Virus record (IMG/VR): IMGVR_UViG_2681813233_000007
From: a virus
Lineage: Duplodnaviria > Heunggongvirae > Uroviricota > Caudoviricetes
Reading direction: 5' to 3' (one strand)
Length of the DNA: 64,000 bases
Below, piece after piece: positions 38,665-48,054 of this stretch. The position numbers and the translations under genes were made by a program. The notes under the pieces were generated by a model, which saw only the letters and a program-made list of their open reading frames with translations, was not told the origin of the DNA and searched no databases. Every line of letters begins with the position of its first letter. Within the stretch, counting starts at the first letter, position 1.

Positions 38665-38971
38665 AATTACTCCGTGTTAATTTTACCTTTATCGCGAACA
38701 CCTTTACCGGTTTATCGCCGAAGTGCGGGTGTGTGATTATCTTGATTTCATAGCCGTCATACGGAACATCAATTCTGCGGCTGGAATCGTCGCGCTTCGG
38801 ATATCCCTTTGTGATAATCAGGCGGTCATACTTACGGTTAACGAGGCGCTTATTCCAGTAGTCATTACACAGGCGATACTCTTCCGTTTTCTCCCCGCGA
38901 ATCATGGCATCGAAGTATTCACCTTTAACGGCAAGTTGCAGGTTAGCCATTACCTCACCTCCAGTCTCCAT
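38651..38971 (-). CDS. ASCH/PUA-like small protein (hypothetical)
   Basis: 106 aa; GEYFDAMIRGEKTEEYR resembles an ASCH-type N-terminus. Confidence 0.35.
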   Translation of the reverse strand: METGGEVMANLQLAVKGEYFDAMIRGEKTEEYRLCNDYWNKRLVNRKYDRLIITKGYPKRDDSSRRIDVPYDGYEIKIITHPHFGDKPVKVFAIKVKLTRSNYVAR

Positions 38972-39210
38972 ACCGCCTGACCAATCCGGCTGGCATGGGT
39001 ATCTTTGGATACTGTTCCGTCTTTAGCCAGCTCCATAAGAATTTTGCGCAAATCTGCCGAACGCCATTCTTCATCAGGAAATTCCTTCTCCATTGCCAAC
39101 CGCAGATTCCAGGTTGCCATCCTGAATGGATATTCCCCGCCGAGAGCTTTATCTTGCAGGGCAGCCCGGGAACGCATCACCTGCAAAACCTTCTCTTTTA
39201 CATCCATCAT
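38950..39210 (-). CDS. Hypothetical protein
   Basis: 86 aa ORF. Confidence 0.35.
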   Translation of the reverse strand: MMDVKEKVLQVMRSRAALQDKALGGEYPFRMATWNLRLAMEKEFPDEEWRSADLRKILMELAKDGTVSKDTHASRIGQAVWRLEVR

Positions 39211-39836
39211 TCCGCCTCCTGCGGCGGTTCTGGTAGCGGCATCCAGTGAGTTACTTTCGATGCCGGTTCTTCCCCATCGTCAGTAACTGCCCACCATTTG
39301 TTTCTCGACCAATCGTAATACCCTTCGAAGGTATTGCACTCAGTCCAGCCGTAAGACTTACCCCAACACCAAACATACTGTTTATCGTTCGGCATTCGCT
39401 CACTACAGCTTATCCAACTATCCGGAATTACCGGAGAGTTGCCATTTACATCGAAGTTTGGTTCTGCGTCCTGAACTAGGAGGATGTAACCATTCTTGGC
39501 TGTATCAAGTTCTAACGCCTCGGTTACGGTACCGAAATAGCGATTACCTAAATCCGCATCACAAGTGCTTACATCAATGGAAACCTCCATGCCTTCGATT
39601 AATTCTGGCAAGTTGTAAGTTTGGCTTACAGGCTCTGCTTCCAGTGATGCCAGTGCAATTCGTGCCAGCTCACGCACAACTTCAGGGGGCGCGTAACGGT
39701 CATTCAGGTCATCCCACAGGCGTAGCATGTTATCGCTACCAGGGTGAACATCCTCGTTAGTTCCGGCAAGCGCACTAATAACCTCATCGGCTGCTTCAAT
39801 AATTTTCTGTGCCTGTTCTCTGGTAATAGTGGTCAT
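39207..39836 (-). CDS. Hypothetical protein with C-terminal DUF551-like Trp-rich segment
   Basis: 209 aa; C-terminus ...WCWGKSYGW...KVTHWMPLPEPP. Confidence 0.4.
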   Translation of the reverse strand: MTTITREQAQKIIEAADEVISALAGTNEDVHPGSDNMLRLWDDLNDRYAPPEVVRELARIALASLEAEPVSQTYNLPELIEGMEVSIDVSTCDADLGNRYFGTVTEALELDTAKNGYILLVQDAEPNFDVNGNSPVIPDSWISCSERMPNDKQYVWCWGKSYGWTECNTFEGYYDWSRNKWWAVTDDGEEPASKVTHWMPLPEPPQEAE

Positions 39837-40042
39837 TTGTTAATCCTTAAAACTTTATGCCCTGGCGCAAAAGCACGTGTTTTGTCTTTGCTTATTCGCC
39901 AGCCATCCTTACGTGCCTCTTTTGCACAGCCAGCCCATGACGTACCGATATATTCACCGAAGTCTGGTACTGGATATACACCTTCCGTACACTGGCGGCA
40001 GTCACAATAGAGATGCATGGTGTAACTTGCGGCAATAGCCAT
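39833..40042 (-). CDS. Small Cys-rich protein (hypothetical)
   Basis: ORF-track 39833..40114 trimmed to the internal Met (MAIAASY...); CxC...C.C pattern. Confidence 0.3.
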   Translation of the reverse strand: MAIAASYTMHLYCDCRQCTEGVYPVPDFGEYIGTSWAGCAKEARKDGWRISKDKTRAFAPGHKVLRINK

Positions 40043-40404
40043 ATCACTCTCCTTTAGTACGCAAGTGGTTTTTCCAGCGGTTTTGCGCCGCGCTGGGCTT
40101 TTTGCAAAAACCACAATCCATCATCCCGTAATGTTTCATTAACCCCATCCGTCGGTTGCTGAGTCTCACCCACTGCCAGACGCCAGGACCGTTTCTGCGA
40201 ACTAATAGGATTTTTGCTTTACGGTTTTTCATCGCTTTGCTCTCCTGCGTTTCTTTGCTGCTCGTCGTGCCGCCGCAATACCTGTATGGCGGCGCTTTGG
40301 TGCCGGGATGATGTTGTCAGCCATCAGGACATGCGGCTTTGTAATTAGCGCAGAAGCCCAAAAACGAGTCGGATACGGTAACAAGCCGATACATGCCACA
40401 CGCA

Positions 40405-40884
40405 TTACTCACCTTCTTTGATGCGAATGCCTGCGGCGCGTGGCACATTAACTTCCACGATGCGCACTGTTGGTTTGTACATCTCAATCGCTGTCAGCCA
40501 GTCAGCGCCGGTCATACGCTTTTCTGCATCGCCATTAGTCCACTTAACCGGTACACCAATAGCCTTCATCGCAATTTCTATTTCCCCGGCAATGGCGCTT
40601 TTCCCGCAACCAGTAAAACCAGATACAACGACAAGAACTTCGCCTTTTGCTGGTTTTATTTCCCGCGCCTCCACCTCTGCAATTCGGCACATAGCATCGA
40701 TATTTGTGTCTTCCTGGCGTTTAACTTCATCCAATAATGCCAACGCGATATCTGGCGAAAAGTGCTTCATAAAATCGTTAAGCGCATTAATTCGCTGATC
40801 GAAAGGCATTACAGGCGCTTCACCAGCAATTTTTGTTTTTTCAGCAATTTCACGAAGCTTTTGATAGTCAATTTTGTTTGTCAT
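40405..40884 (-). CDS. Small P-loop NTPase (hypothetical)
   Basis: 159 aa; Walker A-like VVVSGFTGCGKSA. Confidence 0.45.
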   Translation of the reverse strand: MTNKIDYQKLREIAEKTKIAGEAPVMPFDQRINALNDFMKHFSPDIALALLDEVKRQEDTNIDAMCRIAEVEAREIKPAKGEVLVVVSGFTGCGKSAIAGEIEIAMKAIGVPVKWTNGDAEKRMTGADWLTAIEMYKPTVRIVEVNVPRAAGIRIKEGE

Positions 40885-41759
40885 GCCACTACCTCTTCGA
40901 ATTTCAACTCCAATTGGTCACCCCAGATTTCACATGATTCGGAACACGAACCAGTATCAAACCGCTTGGCCTGCACCATCGCCTGATACAAATTTCTGTA
41001 GTCGCTGTCGGCATACATTCTGGCAATCCCGTCAAGCGTCAGGTGACCACGGTACATAACGTCTTTACCTGTTCTGCGATGACCATCCCTGACGTGTTTG
41101 CCTGTAACCAGTTCATTAAAAACCCGCATCAGACCTGGTTCGTCTTTACATGCAAGCCCCAGCTTTTGCGTTGACTTTTTGATGCAAAAAACACAGTTCC
41201 CGAGGTGCTCCGGGATTTGCAAATCAAAAGGTTGTTTTCGCCACCACCGGATAACATCCGACTTATCAAAATCTGACAGCTCGGCAAGATACCGGACGCC
41301 CGGTTTCGGTTTCAGCCTACGGGGTTCGTCCGCACGAATACCCAGCCATGTGATGTAATTCCCTCGCCCAAAATGGTCATCGCAATATTTCGTGAAAGGG
41401 GTGAGTTTTAGCCTGTCAGTACAGAACGCGCCGCCGATGTATGGCGTACCGTACTTTTTAACCATGTCCATAAACGGTTTAAGCACCGGCATTCGCGTCT
41501 GAATATCCTTTGGTTCCCATTCCGTATAACCATTTGGCTGCCCAAGTTCTGGATTTATATCGACCTGCAACACCGTTAGCGGTACATTCCAGAACTTCAC
41601 AACCTCACGAATAAAGCGATACGTCAGAGGATGTTCACAGCCGGTATCCATAAAAATGAAATGGACGCTAGCGCCAGCTTTTCGCTGTGCTTCCATCAGA
41701 TGAACGAGATAAGCCGATGTTCGTCCACCTGAAAAGCTGACGACTTGATGCATACTCAC
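40881..41759 (-). CDS. PAPS-reductase-like PP-loop ATPase family protein
   Basis: 292 aa; N-terminal PP-loop SFSGGRTS; stop/start coupled with neighbours. Confidence 0.6.
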   Translation of the reverse strand: MSMHQVVSFSGGRTSAYLVHLMEAQRKAGASVHFIFMDTGCEHPLTYRFIREVVKFWNVPLTVLQVDINPELGQPNGYTEWEPKDIQTRMPVLKPFMDMVKKYGTPYIGGAFCTDRLKLTPFTKYCDDHFGRGNYITWLGIRADEPRRLKPKPGVRYLAELSDFDKSDVIRWWRKQPFDLQIPEHLGNCVFCIKKSTQKLGLACKDEPGLMRVFNELVTGKHVRDGHRRTGKDVMYRGHLTLDGIARMYADSDYRNLYQAMVQAKRFDTGSCSESCEIWGDQLELKFEEVVA

Positions 41760-41762
41760 GGT

Positions 41763-42455
41763 TTATTCCTGAACGCGCTTAAACTCGATTACCCATACCC
41801 ACGGGTTAGATAGCCAGTTATCCTGCCCGTAAATACTGCGCCAGATATCACCAAAACCAACGCGATAAACAGCTTCCGGCGGCGTAATTTTGTACATCGC
41901 CGGAGATGCGCCTTCTGCTTTAGCATCTGCCTCGCTCATATCACGCAGCCGTTCCACACGCACGTCGGTAATTTCCAGCAAAATGCGCGATGCCCAGCGC
42001 GGCATGTGAATTGATGGACGCCACCCGCCATCAAATTTTTCATTCACAGTGTGAGGTTTCCAGTCGGCATCATCGGGTATCGACCACAAGCCGTAATCAC
42101 CCGGCTTTTGCTCACAACTGGCCCGATAAATCCTTGCTGCGTTCTTCTCATCGCCACGACAAAGGTTGTCGTTCCAGTCCACACTGCAACCATCCTCATT
42201 GCCTAATATCGCCCACGCCTCACGGACCCATATGCGATCACCAACGTTACCGAACGGGCATAAACCATGTTCAGGTGCATCCATAACGTGGGTATAGACA
42301 CCATTGCGTTTCTTGGTCGGTTTACGGATAACCAGGCAGTTATCGGCCCTGACATTTTTTACAGGTCGGCGAGTCTGCGTCTTCCTTCCTTCGAGGATGG
42401 CCCTGACCATCTCATCGTTAAAAATCATCCCGCGTTCTTTCATTTTTTGATCCAC
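41763..42455 (-). CDS. Hypothetical protein with ASCH-like N-terminus
   Basis: 230 aa; MIFNDEMVRAILEGRKTQTRRP. Confidence 0.35.
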   Translation of the reverse strand: MDQKMKERGMIFNDEMVRAILEGRKTQTRRPVKNVRADNCLVIRKPTKKRNGVYTHVMDAPEHGLCPFGNVGDRIWVREAWAILGNEDGCSVDWNDNLCRGDEKNAARIYRASCEQKPGDYGLWSIPDDADWKPHTVNEKFDGGWRPSIHMPRWASRILLEITDVRVERLRDMSEADAKAEGASPAMYKITPPEAVYRVGFGDIWRSIYGQDNWLSNPWVWVIEFKRVQE

Positions 42456-42459
42456 CTCA

Positions 42460-43455
42460 TCAGTTATTGAACGTGATCACTCCGCGCTCGATGGCGAAGT
42501 CGAAAAGCTGGTTAGCTGCTACGTAAAGGCGTATGCCATGTGCTTTTTCCCATGCCCGGACATCGTTTTCTGCGCTTCTGGCGCAGTCATCGCAAAGAGG
42601 AACAGCCCAGCGGTCGTGTTCGTTTAACGAGCGGGCGCGGTACATGAATGGGTGATTAACCTTGCCGCCGCAGCCTACACACGGGCGAGACACCACAAAC
42701 CGGAGATAAGCCGGGCTTTTTCCGAGTAAGGTTTTTGGACGGCGCATATATAGGAGGCCAGAATCTTCATCGACGGACAGATTGACGATCTGCTCTGCGG
42801 AAATATCCACCAGCTCGCGGGTACTATGCTCCCAGGTAATATCCGACTCTTTCAGAGTGCCGGTAGGGATTTCAGTTTTTGGCTGACAAAATGCAATGCG
42901 ACCAGCTTCATCAGGCAGTTCGTCTTTAAGATTCCGGCGAATGGCCCAAAAGGTGAGTTCAACCATGCTCAGATCGCGATCTGGCGGAAGTTTTAACTCG
43001 CTGGCAGCCCAGTTCATAATCCAGTTGGCGCGATTCAGTGACAGTTGGTCTTCCAGCTTGCCGTATCCCTTCATCATGTATTCCGCATCATGCTTCCAGC
43101 ACAGGCGAACGGCAGAACCGTTATAGAAATGGGTGGTTAACTGGTGGCTGCAATCGCGCTTATCATGCGCCTGGCAATCGTGAATGTTGGTGCTAACCCA
43201 GTGAACGAGAGAATCCTCACCACCTAACGCGTTAAATACGCGCTCACTTTGAAAAAAGGGTGCCAGTGACTGGTTGGTAACCAGTGAATAATTCAGGTCA
43301 ACGACACCATCAGGGGTGTTTTCAGCCTGTTCACGCGGCAATGGGGATATAAGAAAACGACGTCCTGCGCCGATGTAATTGCTGGTGGGCTTATCTACAG
43401 GAAAGACAGCCACACCAGTTTCATTTACGACATATGGGGTGATTATTGCACTCAT
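42460..43455 (-). CDS. Hypothetical protein with C-terminal Cys-cluster (DUF968-like)
   Basis: 331 aa; CVGCGGK...CDDC near the C-terminus. Confidence 0.4.
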   Translation of the reverse strand: MSAIITPYVVNETGVAVFPVDKPTSNYIGAGRRFLISPLPREQAENTPDGVVDLNYSLVTNQSLAPFFQSERVFNALGGEDSLVHWVSTNIHDCQAHDKRDCSHQLTTHFYNGSAVRLCWKHDAEYMMKGYGKLEDQLSLNRANWIMNWAASELKLPPDRDLSMVELTFWAIRRNLKDELPDEAGRIAFCQPKTEIPTGTLKESDITWEHSTRELVDISAEQIVNLSVDEDSGLLYMRRPKTLLGKSPAYLRFVVSRPCVGCGGKVNHPFMYRARSLNEHDRWAVPLCDDCARSAENDVRAWEKAHGIRLYVAANQLFDFAIERGVITFNN

Positions 43456-43496
43456 AATGCATACCGACTCTGTTTTGTTCCGAGCGGTAAAATAAT

Positions 43497-43514
43497 ATGT
43501 TAGAAAACTAAAAT
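43497..43514 (+). promoter_or_regulatory. Operator-like motif ATGTTAGAAAACTAAAAT with inverted partial partner at 43520-43532
   Basis: Motif family member in the intergenic region upstream of the leftward 43455 operon. Confidence 0.5.
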
Positions 43515-43553
43515 CAATGTTCTAACGCATTTTTGAGTGCGTAAGTGATTTGA

Positions 43554-44246
43554 TCAGACTTTAAGCTGCCCTCCCTTCACCTGCATTAGCGTCAGATTTC
43601 CGCAAAAAACCGCGCCCGTGTCTATGTAGTGCTGATTCCAGTATGCTTTTGGTCTTCGTACCGGTGTGTGCCCAAAGATAAAGCGATCTGCGCCTGTAAT
43701 TTCTCCACCAATGCCATCTATCGAATCACCGACGCGACTGCGCGACCAGACAACATCAAAAAGCGACACATCCTTACCGAACTGGTACTCTCCACCTGGA
43801 TAGTCGGCATGGGCTATAACGATAGTTTCATGCCCGGTGTTCAACTCAATGATATATGGCAGACGCTTTACCAGCTCCACCAGCGCCCTGGCTAATATTT
43901 CCTGATCAGCGTCCAGCATGAAGAACCATTGTCCGCCATTCATTAGCCAGTTATTCACGTTGCCATCAGGACTTAACGCATCGATCATTAATCGCTCGTG
44001 GTTTCCCATAACCGACCGAAACCAGGGCATCTGCAATAGCTCCAGGCATTCAACATTTTCGGTGCCGCGATCGATAAGGTCGCCAACCGATATCAGTAAA
44101 TCCTGCGCCGGGTCAAAATCCACACGATGGAGTTCGGACATCAGTCTGGTGTAGCAACCATGCAGATCACCAACAACCCATATGTTTCTGTAGCCAGAAC
44201 CATCAATACGGCTATATAAATTCACTTCATGCATAGCCTGTGTCAT
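43554..44246 (-). CDS. ppp: Ser/Thr protein phosphatase (lambda PPase-like metallophosphatase)
   Basis: Motifs GDLHGC, GDLIDRG, GNHE. Confidence 0.8.
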   Translation of the reverse strand: MTQAMHEVNLYSRIDGSGYRNIWVVGDLHGCYTRLMSELHRVDFDPAQDLLISVGDLIDRGTENVECLELLQMPWFRSVMGNHERLMIDALSPDGNVNNWLMNGGQWFFMLDADQEILARALVELVKRLPYIIELNTGHETIVIAHADYPGGEYQFGKDVSLFDVVWSRSRVGDSIDGIGGEITGADRFIFGHTPVRRPKAYWNQHYIDTGAVFCGNLTLMQVKGGQLKV

Positions 44247-44554
44247 GCGGCAACCTTCTCACGCAGCCAGATACAAACCGGACCATCTTCAGTGTCATGA
44301 ATAGAGCCAACAAACCAGCCTTCACCCTCTGGTCGCTCAGGTTCCCAGGCGGCAATATCGGGACCAGCTGCGTCCAGATCAAAATCATCTTCATCCATAC
44401 TGCGAATAGTCCACTGAAGATTATTTCCCTTCATCCAGGCGTCAAATTCCTCAGTGGAAATATATTCACGGCCTGCGCAAAACTTTTCATACTCCGGATG
44501 TGTCCAGCAGCCATATTCATCACGTTCTACCGGCATTTCTTTAATTGTGCTCAC
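44243..44554 (-). CDS. Hypothetical protein
   Basis: 103 aa ORF, coupled. Confidence 0.35.
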   Translation of the reverse strand: MSTIKEMPVERDEYGCWTHPEYEKFCAGREYISTEEFDAWMKGNNLQWTIRSMDEDDFDLDAAGPDIAAWEPERPEGEGWFVGSIHDTEDGPVCIWLREKVAA

Positions 44555-44775
44555 TCTTCATCCTCCAAATCGGCAACGGCCTCCATCACATCAGAACCGC
44601 GAATAAACTCAAAAGCACGGCAAGCCATTTCAAACACCTGTTGTTCTTGCGGATGCGGTGACTCCCAATACTTAAAACCAGGTCGATGCTCGTAACCCAT
44701 CATGGAATAAAAATCGCCAGCAAGTTCAATCGCGGCATCAACAAGTTCGCGATTTGTCATCGTCTGTTCTGTCAT
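44551..44775 (-). CDS. Hypothetical protein
   Basis: 74 aa ORF, coupled. Confidence 0.3.
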   Translation of the reverse strand: MTEQTMTNRELVDAAIELAGDFYSMMGYEHRPGFKYWESPHPQEQQVFEMACRAFEFIRGSDVMEAVADLEDEE

Positions 44776-45047
44776 TTTGTTTTCTCCTGTCTGAACATCA
44801 CTATCATCAGGTCGCCTTTTGTCGCTATCCTGGCTGTTGTGCCTGGTTCTATGCGGCTAAGTTCAAATGCGTCATAGAACGCTTCTAATGCCTTCTGGCG
44901 TAGTTCCTGTTTGCGCCGTTTTTTCCACTGTTTTAGGAAAATGGAACCCAGCCATCGCCATGTACTGGACATGATGTAAAGCCAACCGAGAAGTGCCAGT
45001 CCGGTATTTAGGGCCGTATCGATCGTTATCGTGGTGTCGATATTCAC
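44772..45047 (-). CDS. Small membrane protein (hypothetical)
   Basis: 91 aa with a hydrophobic helix. Confidence 0.3.
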   Translation of the reverse strand: MNIDTTITIDTALNTGLALLGWLYIMSSTWRWLGSIFLKQWKKRRKQELRQKALEAFYDAFELSRIEPGTTARIATKGDLMIVMFRQEKTK

Positions 45048-45292
45048 TGTGGAGGCTCCTGCTTTTCTGCCTTCAATACCATGCGAGAACCATCATCCAG
45101 CTCCCAATTAATTTCACCGCCTTCAGCCATGACTAGATGCCAAACGAGTTGTGCGGCCTCGTTGGTTACATCGCGACCGCGATCATTGCCGACACGACGT
45201 TTTGTTCCATCCCCTAAGTCACGCATTTTTGCCAACACGATTGTTTTTGATAGCGGTGAAAAACCAAGCTGTAGTCGTGCTGAATTGCTCAC
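45044..45292 (-). CDS. Hypothetical protein
   Basis: 82 aa ORF, coupled. Confidence 0.3.
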   Translation of the reverse strand: MSNSARLQLGFSPLSKTIVLAKMRDLGDGTKRRVGNDRGRDVTNEAAQLVWHLVMAEGGEINWELDDGSRMVLKAEKQEPPQ

Positions 45293-45960
45293 TGTTTGCC
45301 TCCTTTGCGAATCCGGGCGGCTAACTCGTCACATATGTGCGTCAAAGAGAAAAGTTTGATTGATGGGTGTTCGCGCATCATCTCCAATCCCTGCGCCCGG
45401 ACTTCAGCTAGGAAAGCATCAGTGGTTGGCGTTTCAGGTATCTGTCTCCTCATCCGTTCTACTGCATGATTGAACCCGAAGTCTTCCGCGAGAGATACGT
45501 CATCCATATTGTCATTGTCATCCTCAATATCCAGTGGTTCTGGAATTGCAGACTTTATTCCCGCATTCTCCGCCGCCAGCGCCGCGCGATTACCCTCCAG
45601 CTCTGCAATGCGCTGTTTTGCGGTATCAAGTTCAATCGATAATTTTTCCAACTGCTCTTTATGCTTCTTGTATTCCTGATATGCGTGCCAGGACTGACCT
45701 TTGCGCACACTATCAGTAATATCAGTAATCTGTTCTGGTGTTAGCGTAGTCAGTGGCTGTGCTGGGAAAATCAGCACTTTCCCGGAATCCCAATCAAAAC
45801 CAGCGTGAATTGACTGAACCTCAATTGAAGGTGTTGAACCAACGCTGCCAGGCGAATGAACAACGATCGTTACATCCATATCGCGACGATGGCTGTGGTT
45901 ATTGGACAAAATACGATTCACCAACTCAGAAAATTTGGAGAATTTCATGCGGAGCCTCAA
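45289..45960 (-). CDS. Coiled-coil protein, paralog of the 46364 ORF (Ead/Ea22-like)
   Basis: Shares AAENA and TDAFLAE(V/I)RA segments with 46364..46867. Confidence 0.4.
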   Translation of the reverse strand: MRLRMKFSKFSELVNRILSNNHSHRRDMDVTIVVHSPGSVGSTPSIEVQSIHAGFDWDSGKVLIFPAQPLTTLTPEQITDITDSVRKGQSWHAYQEYKKHKEQLEKLSIELDTAKQRIAELEGNRAALAAENAGIKSAIPEPLDIEDDNDNMDDVSLAEDFGFNHAVERMRRQIPETPTTDAFLAEVRAQGLEMMREHPSIKLFSLTHICDELAARIRKGGKQ

Positions 45961-46367
45961 TATGCAAAATAGACAGTTGCCACACCGTTATAGTGATCAA
46001 ACGATACGGCGTTTACTTCATAGCTGGCAGGAAGCTTCGAGCCGAGAACGTATCCGGGCCACGTTTTCCATGGAATTTCTCTACTCTCACTATCCCCATA
46101 TACCGTACATCCAAGCGAACCTACAGCCTCGTCAGAACGTTTGCCGCATGTTATGAAACCTATATTTTTCTTGCTGGCCTTAATGGCGATTGGGTGAACA
46201 CTGGCTGATGCATTGGCAGCACGCTGTGACTGTTGGTTTGCGATATTCGCAGAGTTCGCAGCAGCTACAGCAGCCGTGGTCGCGGCGGTAGATGCCACAA
46301 TAACTGCTGAAGCCTGCGCCTGTTGGGTAATGGTCAGCAATGCCGCCACAAAAATCATCTTCTTCAC
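45957..46367 (-). CDS. Secreted periplasmic protein with Ala/Thr-rich linker
   Basis: Signal peptide MKKMIFVAALLTITQQAQA then low-complexity linker and a globular domain with 2 Cys. Confidence 0.45.
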   Translation of the reverse strand: MKKMIFVAALLTITQQAQASAVIVASTAATTAAVAAANSANIANQQSQRAANASASVHPIAIKASKKNIGFITCGKRSDEAVGSLGCTVYGDSESREIPWKTWPGYVLGSKLPASYEVNAVSFDHYNGVATVYFAY

Positions 46368-46867
46368 TTGTCAGCTCCTTTGCGAATCTGTTCCGCCCAT
46401 TCTTCAAGGGATTTCTCCGCATATTCACCGGACAGGCCATCAATCGGGTGCGATTCATTAGCCAACTCTTCTTTCGCTGACAGAATCATGCGCGTAACGT
46501 CGAAAACTTCACGTAAAGACTTATTGATAAATCCGTGGTTGAAAGCAGCAGCAAGACGGCTTGCGGTATAGTTAATCCCCTCGTTGCGAGCCTCCGCACG
46601 AATTTCAGCCAGGAAAGCATCGGTGACTGGCATATTTCCTGTTGCCTTCATGGCCTCCAAAATAACCAGAACGCCATCTCTCCCTACCTCCTCGCAGATA
46701 ACCTCGGTGTTGTCGCCAACAACATCGCAGAATGCCTGAACTGCTTTACGAGCAAGTGCATTCTCCGCCGCCAGCGCAGCACACGCTTTCTCAAGTCGGG
46801 AAATTTCCGTTACATACTCAGCGTTACGCTCTGCCAGTTGTGCGGGCGTTAAACCTTCAGACTTCAT
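46364..46867 (-). CDS. Coiled-coil protein, paralog of the 45289 ORF
   Basis: 167 aa; shared motifs with 45289..45960. Confidence 0.4.
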   Translation of the reverse strand: MKSEGLTPAQLAERNAEYVTEISRLEKACAALAAENALARKAVQAFCDVVGDNTEVICEEVGRDGVLVILEAMKATGNMPVTDAFLAEIRAEARNEGINYTASRLAAAFNHGFINKSLREVFDVTRMILSAKEELANESHPIDGLSGEYAEKSLEEWAEQIRKGADK

Positions 46868-47174
46868 ACACTCTCCTTTCGAAATAAACGTACTGATTAA
46901 TCATGCCCAGGGGCATTTCGAGTTTTTCCGCGATCTCACGGCGGGGAACGCCACACTGATGAAGCTGCCGCGCCAGCTCTATATCGCTCTGCCGGTATTT
47001 GGCTGACTGGTGAAAGTCACCTTTCAGAATCATGCTGATCCCAAGCTCTCGCGCTTTAGTCCTGACGGCATCACCGGTACGACCGATCAGCTTCCCAATA
47101 CTCTCGACCGTCATAGTTCCGGCGCACTGGCGGAGTATCATGATTTCTGCCCTTCCCCATCCCCGCCAGCTCAC
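46857..47174 (-). CDS. Putative HTH DNA-binding protein
   Basis: 105 aa with two HTH-like segments; start uncertain. Confidence 0.3.
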   Translation of the reverse strand: MSWRGWGRAEIMILRQCAGTMTVESIGKLIGRTGDAVRTKARELGISMILKGDFHQSAKYRQSDIELARQLHQCGVPRREIAEKLEMPLGMINQYVYFERRVYEV

Positions 47175-47809
47175 GCAGAACTCCTTCTAACCAAAAGAAC
47201 GCCATCTTCAGAAACAACGTTGCAGGACTTCAGGTAATTCATTGCCTCTTTCGGTAATGGATTCTTTGGATCGGCGTTTGCCAGGGATTTCGATAACCTC
47301 ATGATAAATTTGATCATTACCTTCTGGCGGAGCTTGTGCTCATGAGATAAAGAAAGGTAATAGGAAATGGTATGGGCTAAACGCTCACGAAGCTGTTCTG
47401 TGCCGTGATATACAGCAGCGATATCACGCAGTGCATTGACCAGTTCCCGGTAAATATGCGGAGCAACCTGGCATTCAATGTTGGTTGGTGACTCATAAAT
47501 TACAGTCAGCCCCAGCTTTTCAGCCAGCGCGTGCTCTGCACGAGCACCAACCGATTCTTCCCATCGATTGAGCAAATAAATCGCATCAGCAGAACGCACC
47601 ATTGCCAGGCAAATATCCATGTATTCACTCTGGCAAAGGCCACCAGGTAACACCGCTGGATTCAGAACGATATGCCCTTCAGCCATCAGCTCGCTCGCTT
47701 TCGCATTAAACGCCGCACGGTTGTAATCTGGATAACCAGTCATCGGCCCCGCGATGTAAATTTTCAAAATACGTTTCACCATCAAAATTTCCCCAAAATC
47801 GTGACGCAA
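47171..47809 (-). CDS. DUF4406-like (nucleoside 2-deoxyribosyltransferase-like fold) protein with C-terminal extension
   Basis: IYIAGPMTGYPDYNRAAF...HIVLNP resembles DUF4406 proteins. Confidence 0.45.
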   Translation of the reverse strand: MRHDFGEILMVKRILKIYIAGPMTGYPDYNRAAFNAKASELMAEGHIVLNPAVLPGGLCQSEYMDICLAMVRSADAIYLLNRWEESVGARAEHALAEKLGLTVIYESPTNIECQVAPHIYRELVNALRDIAAVYHGTEQLRERLAHTISYYLSLSHEHKLRQKVMIKFIMRLSKSLANADPKNPLPKEAMNYLKSCNVVSEDGVLLVRRSSA

Positions 47810-47975
47810 AACATAAGCACTGCGAAAAGCTCAATACCAAGCTCAAGTAGCGCCAACGCCCCGAAAAACAACACATAGAACAGGCCAATCTCATTCACAG
47901 ATGGCTGGTGGATCGCACTTAAAGCTATAAGCATCATGTCCTCCAAACAGTTATCAGGAATGATATTAATGTTTT

Positions 47976-47993
47976 GTGTTAGAAAATCAATTT
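47976..47993 (+). promoter_or_regulatory. Operator-like motif GTGTTAGAAAATCAATTT with inverted partner at about 47995-48010
   Basis: Divergent promoter region between the leftward 47809 operon and ref. Confidence 0.55.
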
Positions 47994-48054
47994 TGAATAT
48001 CTAACCATTTTGATCAATCATAGAAAAATCGCTGAAAAGTAAGAGGCAGCCATC

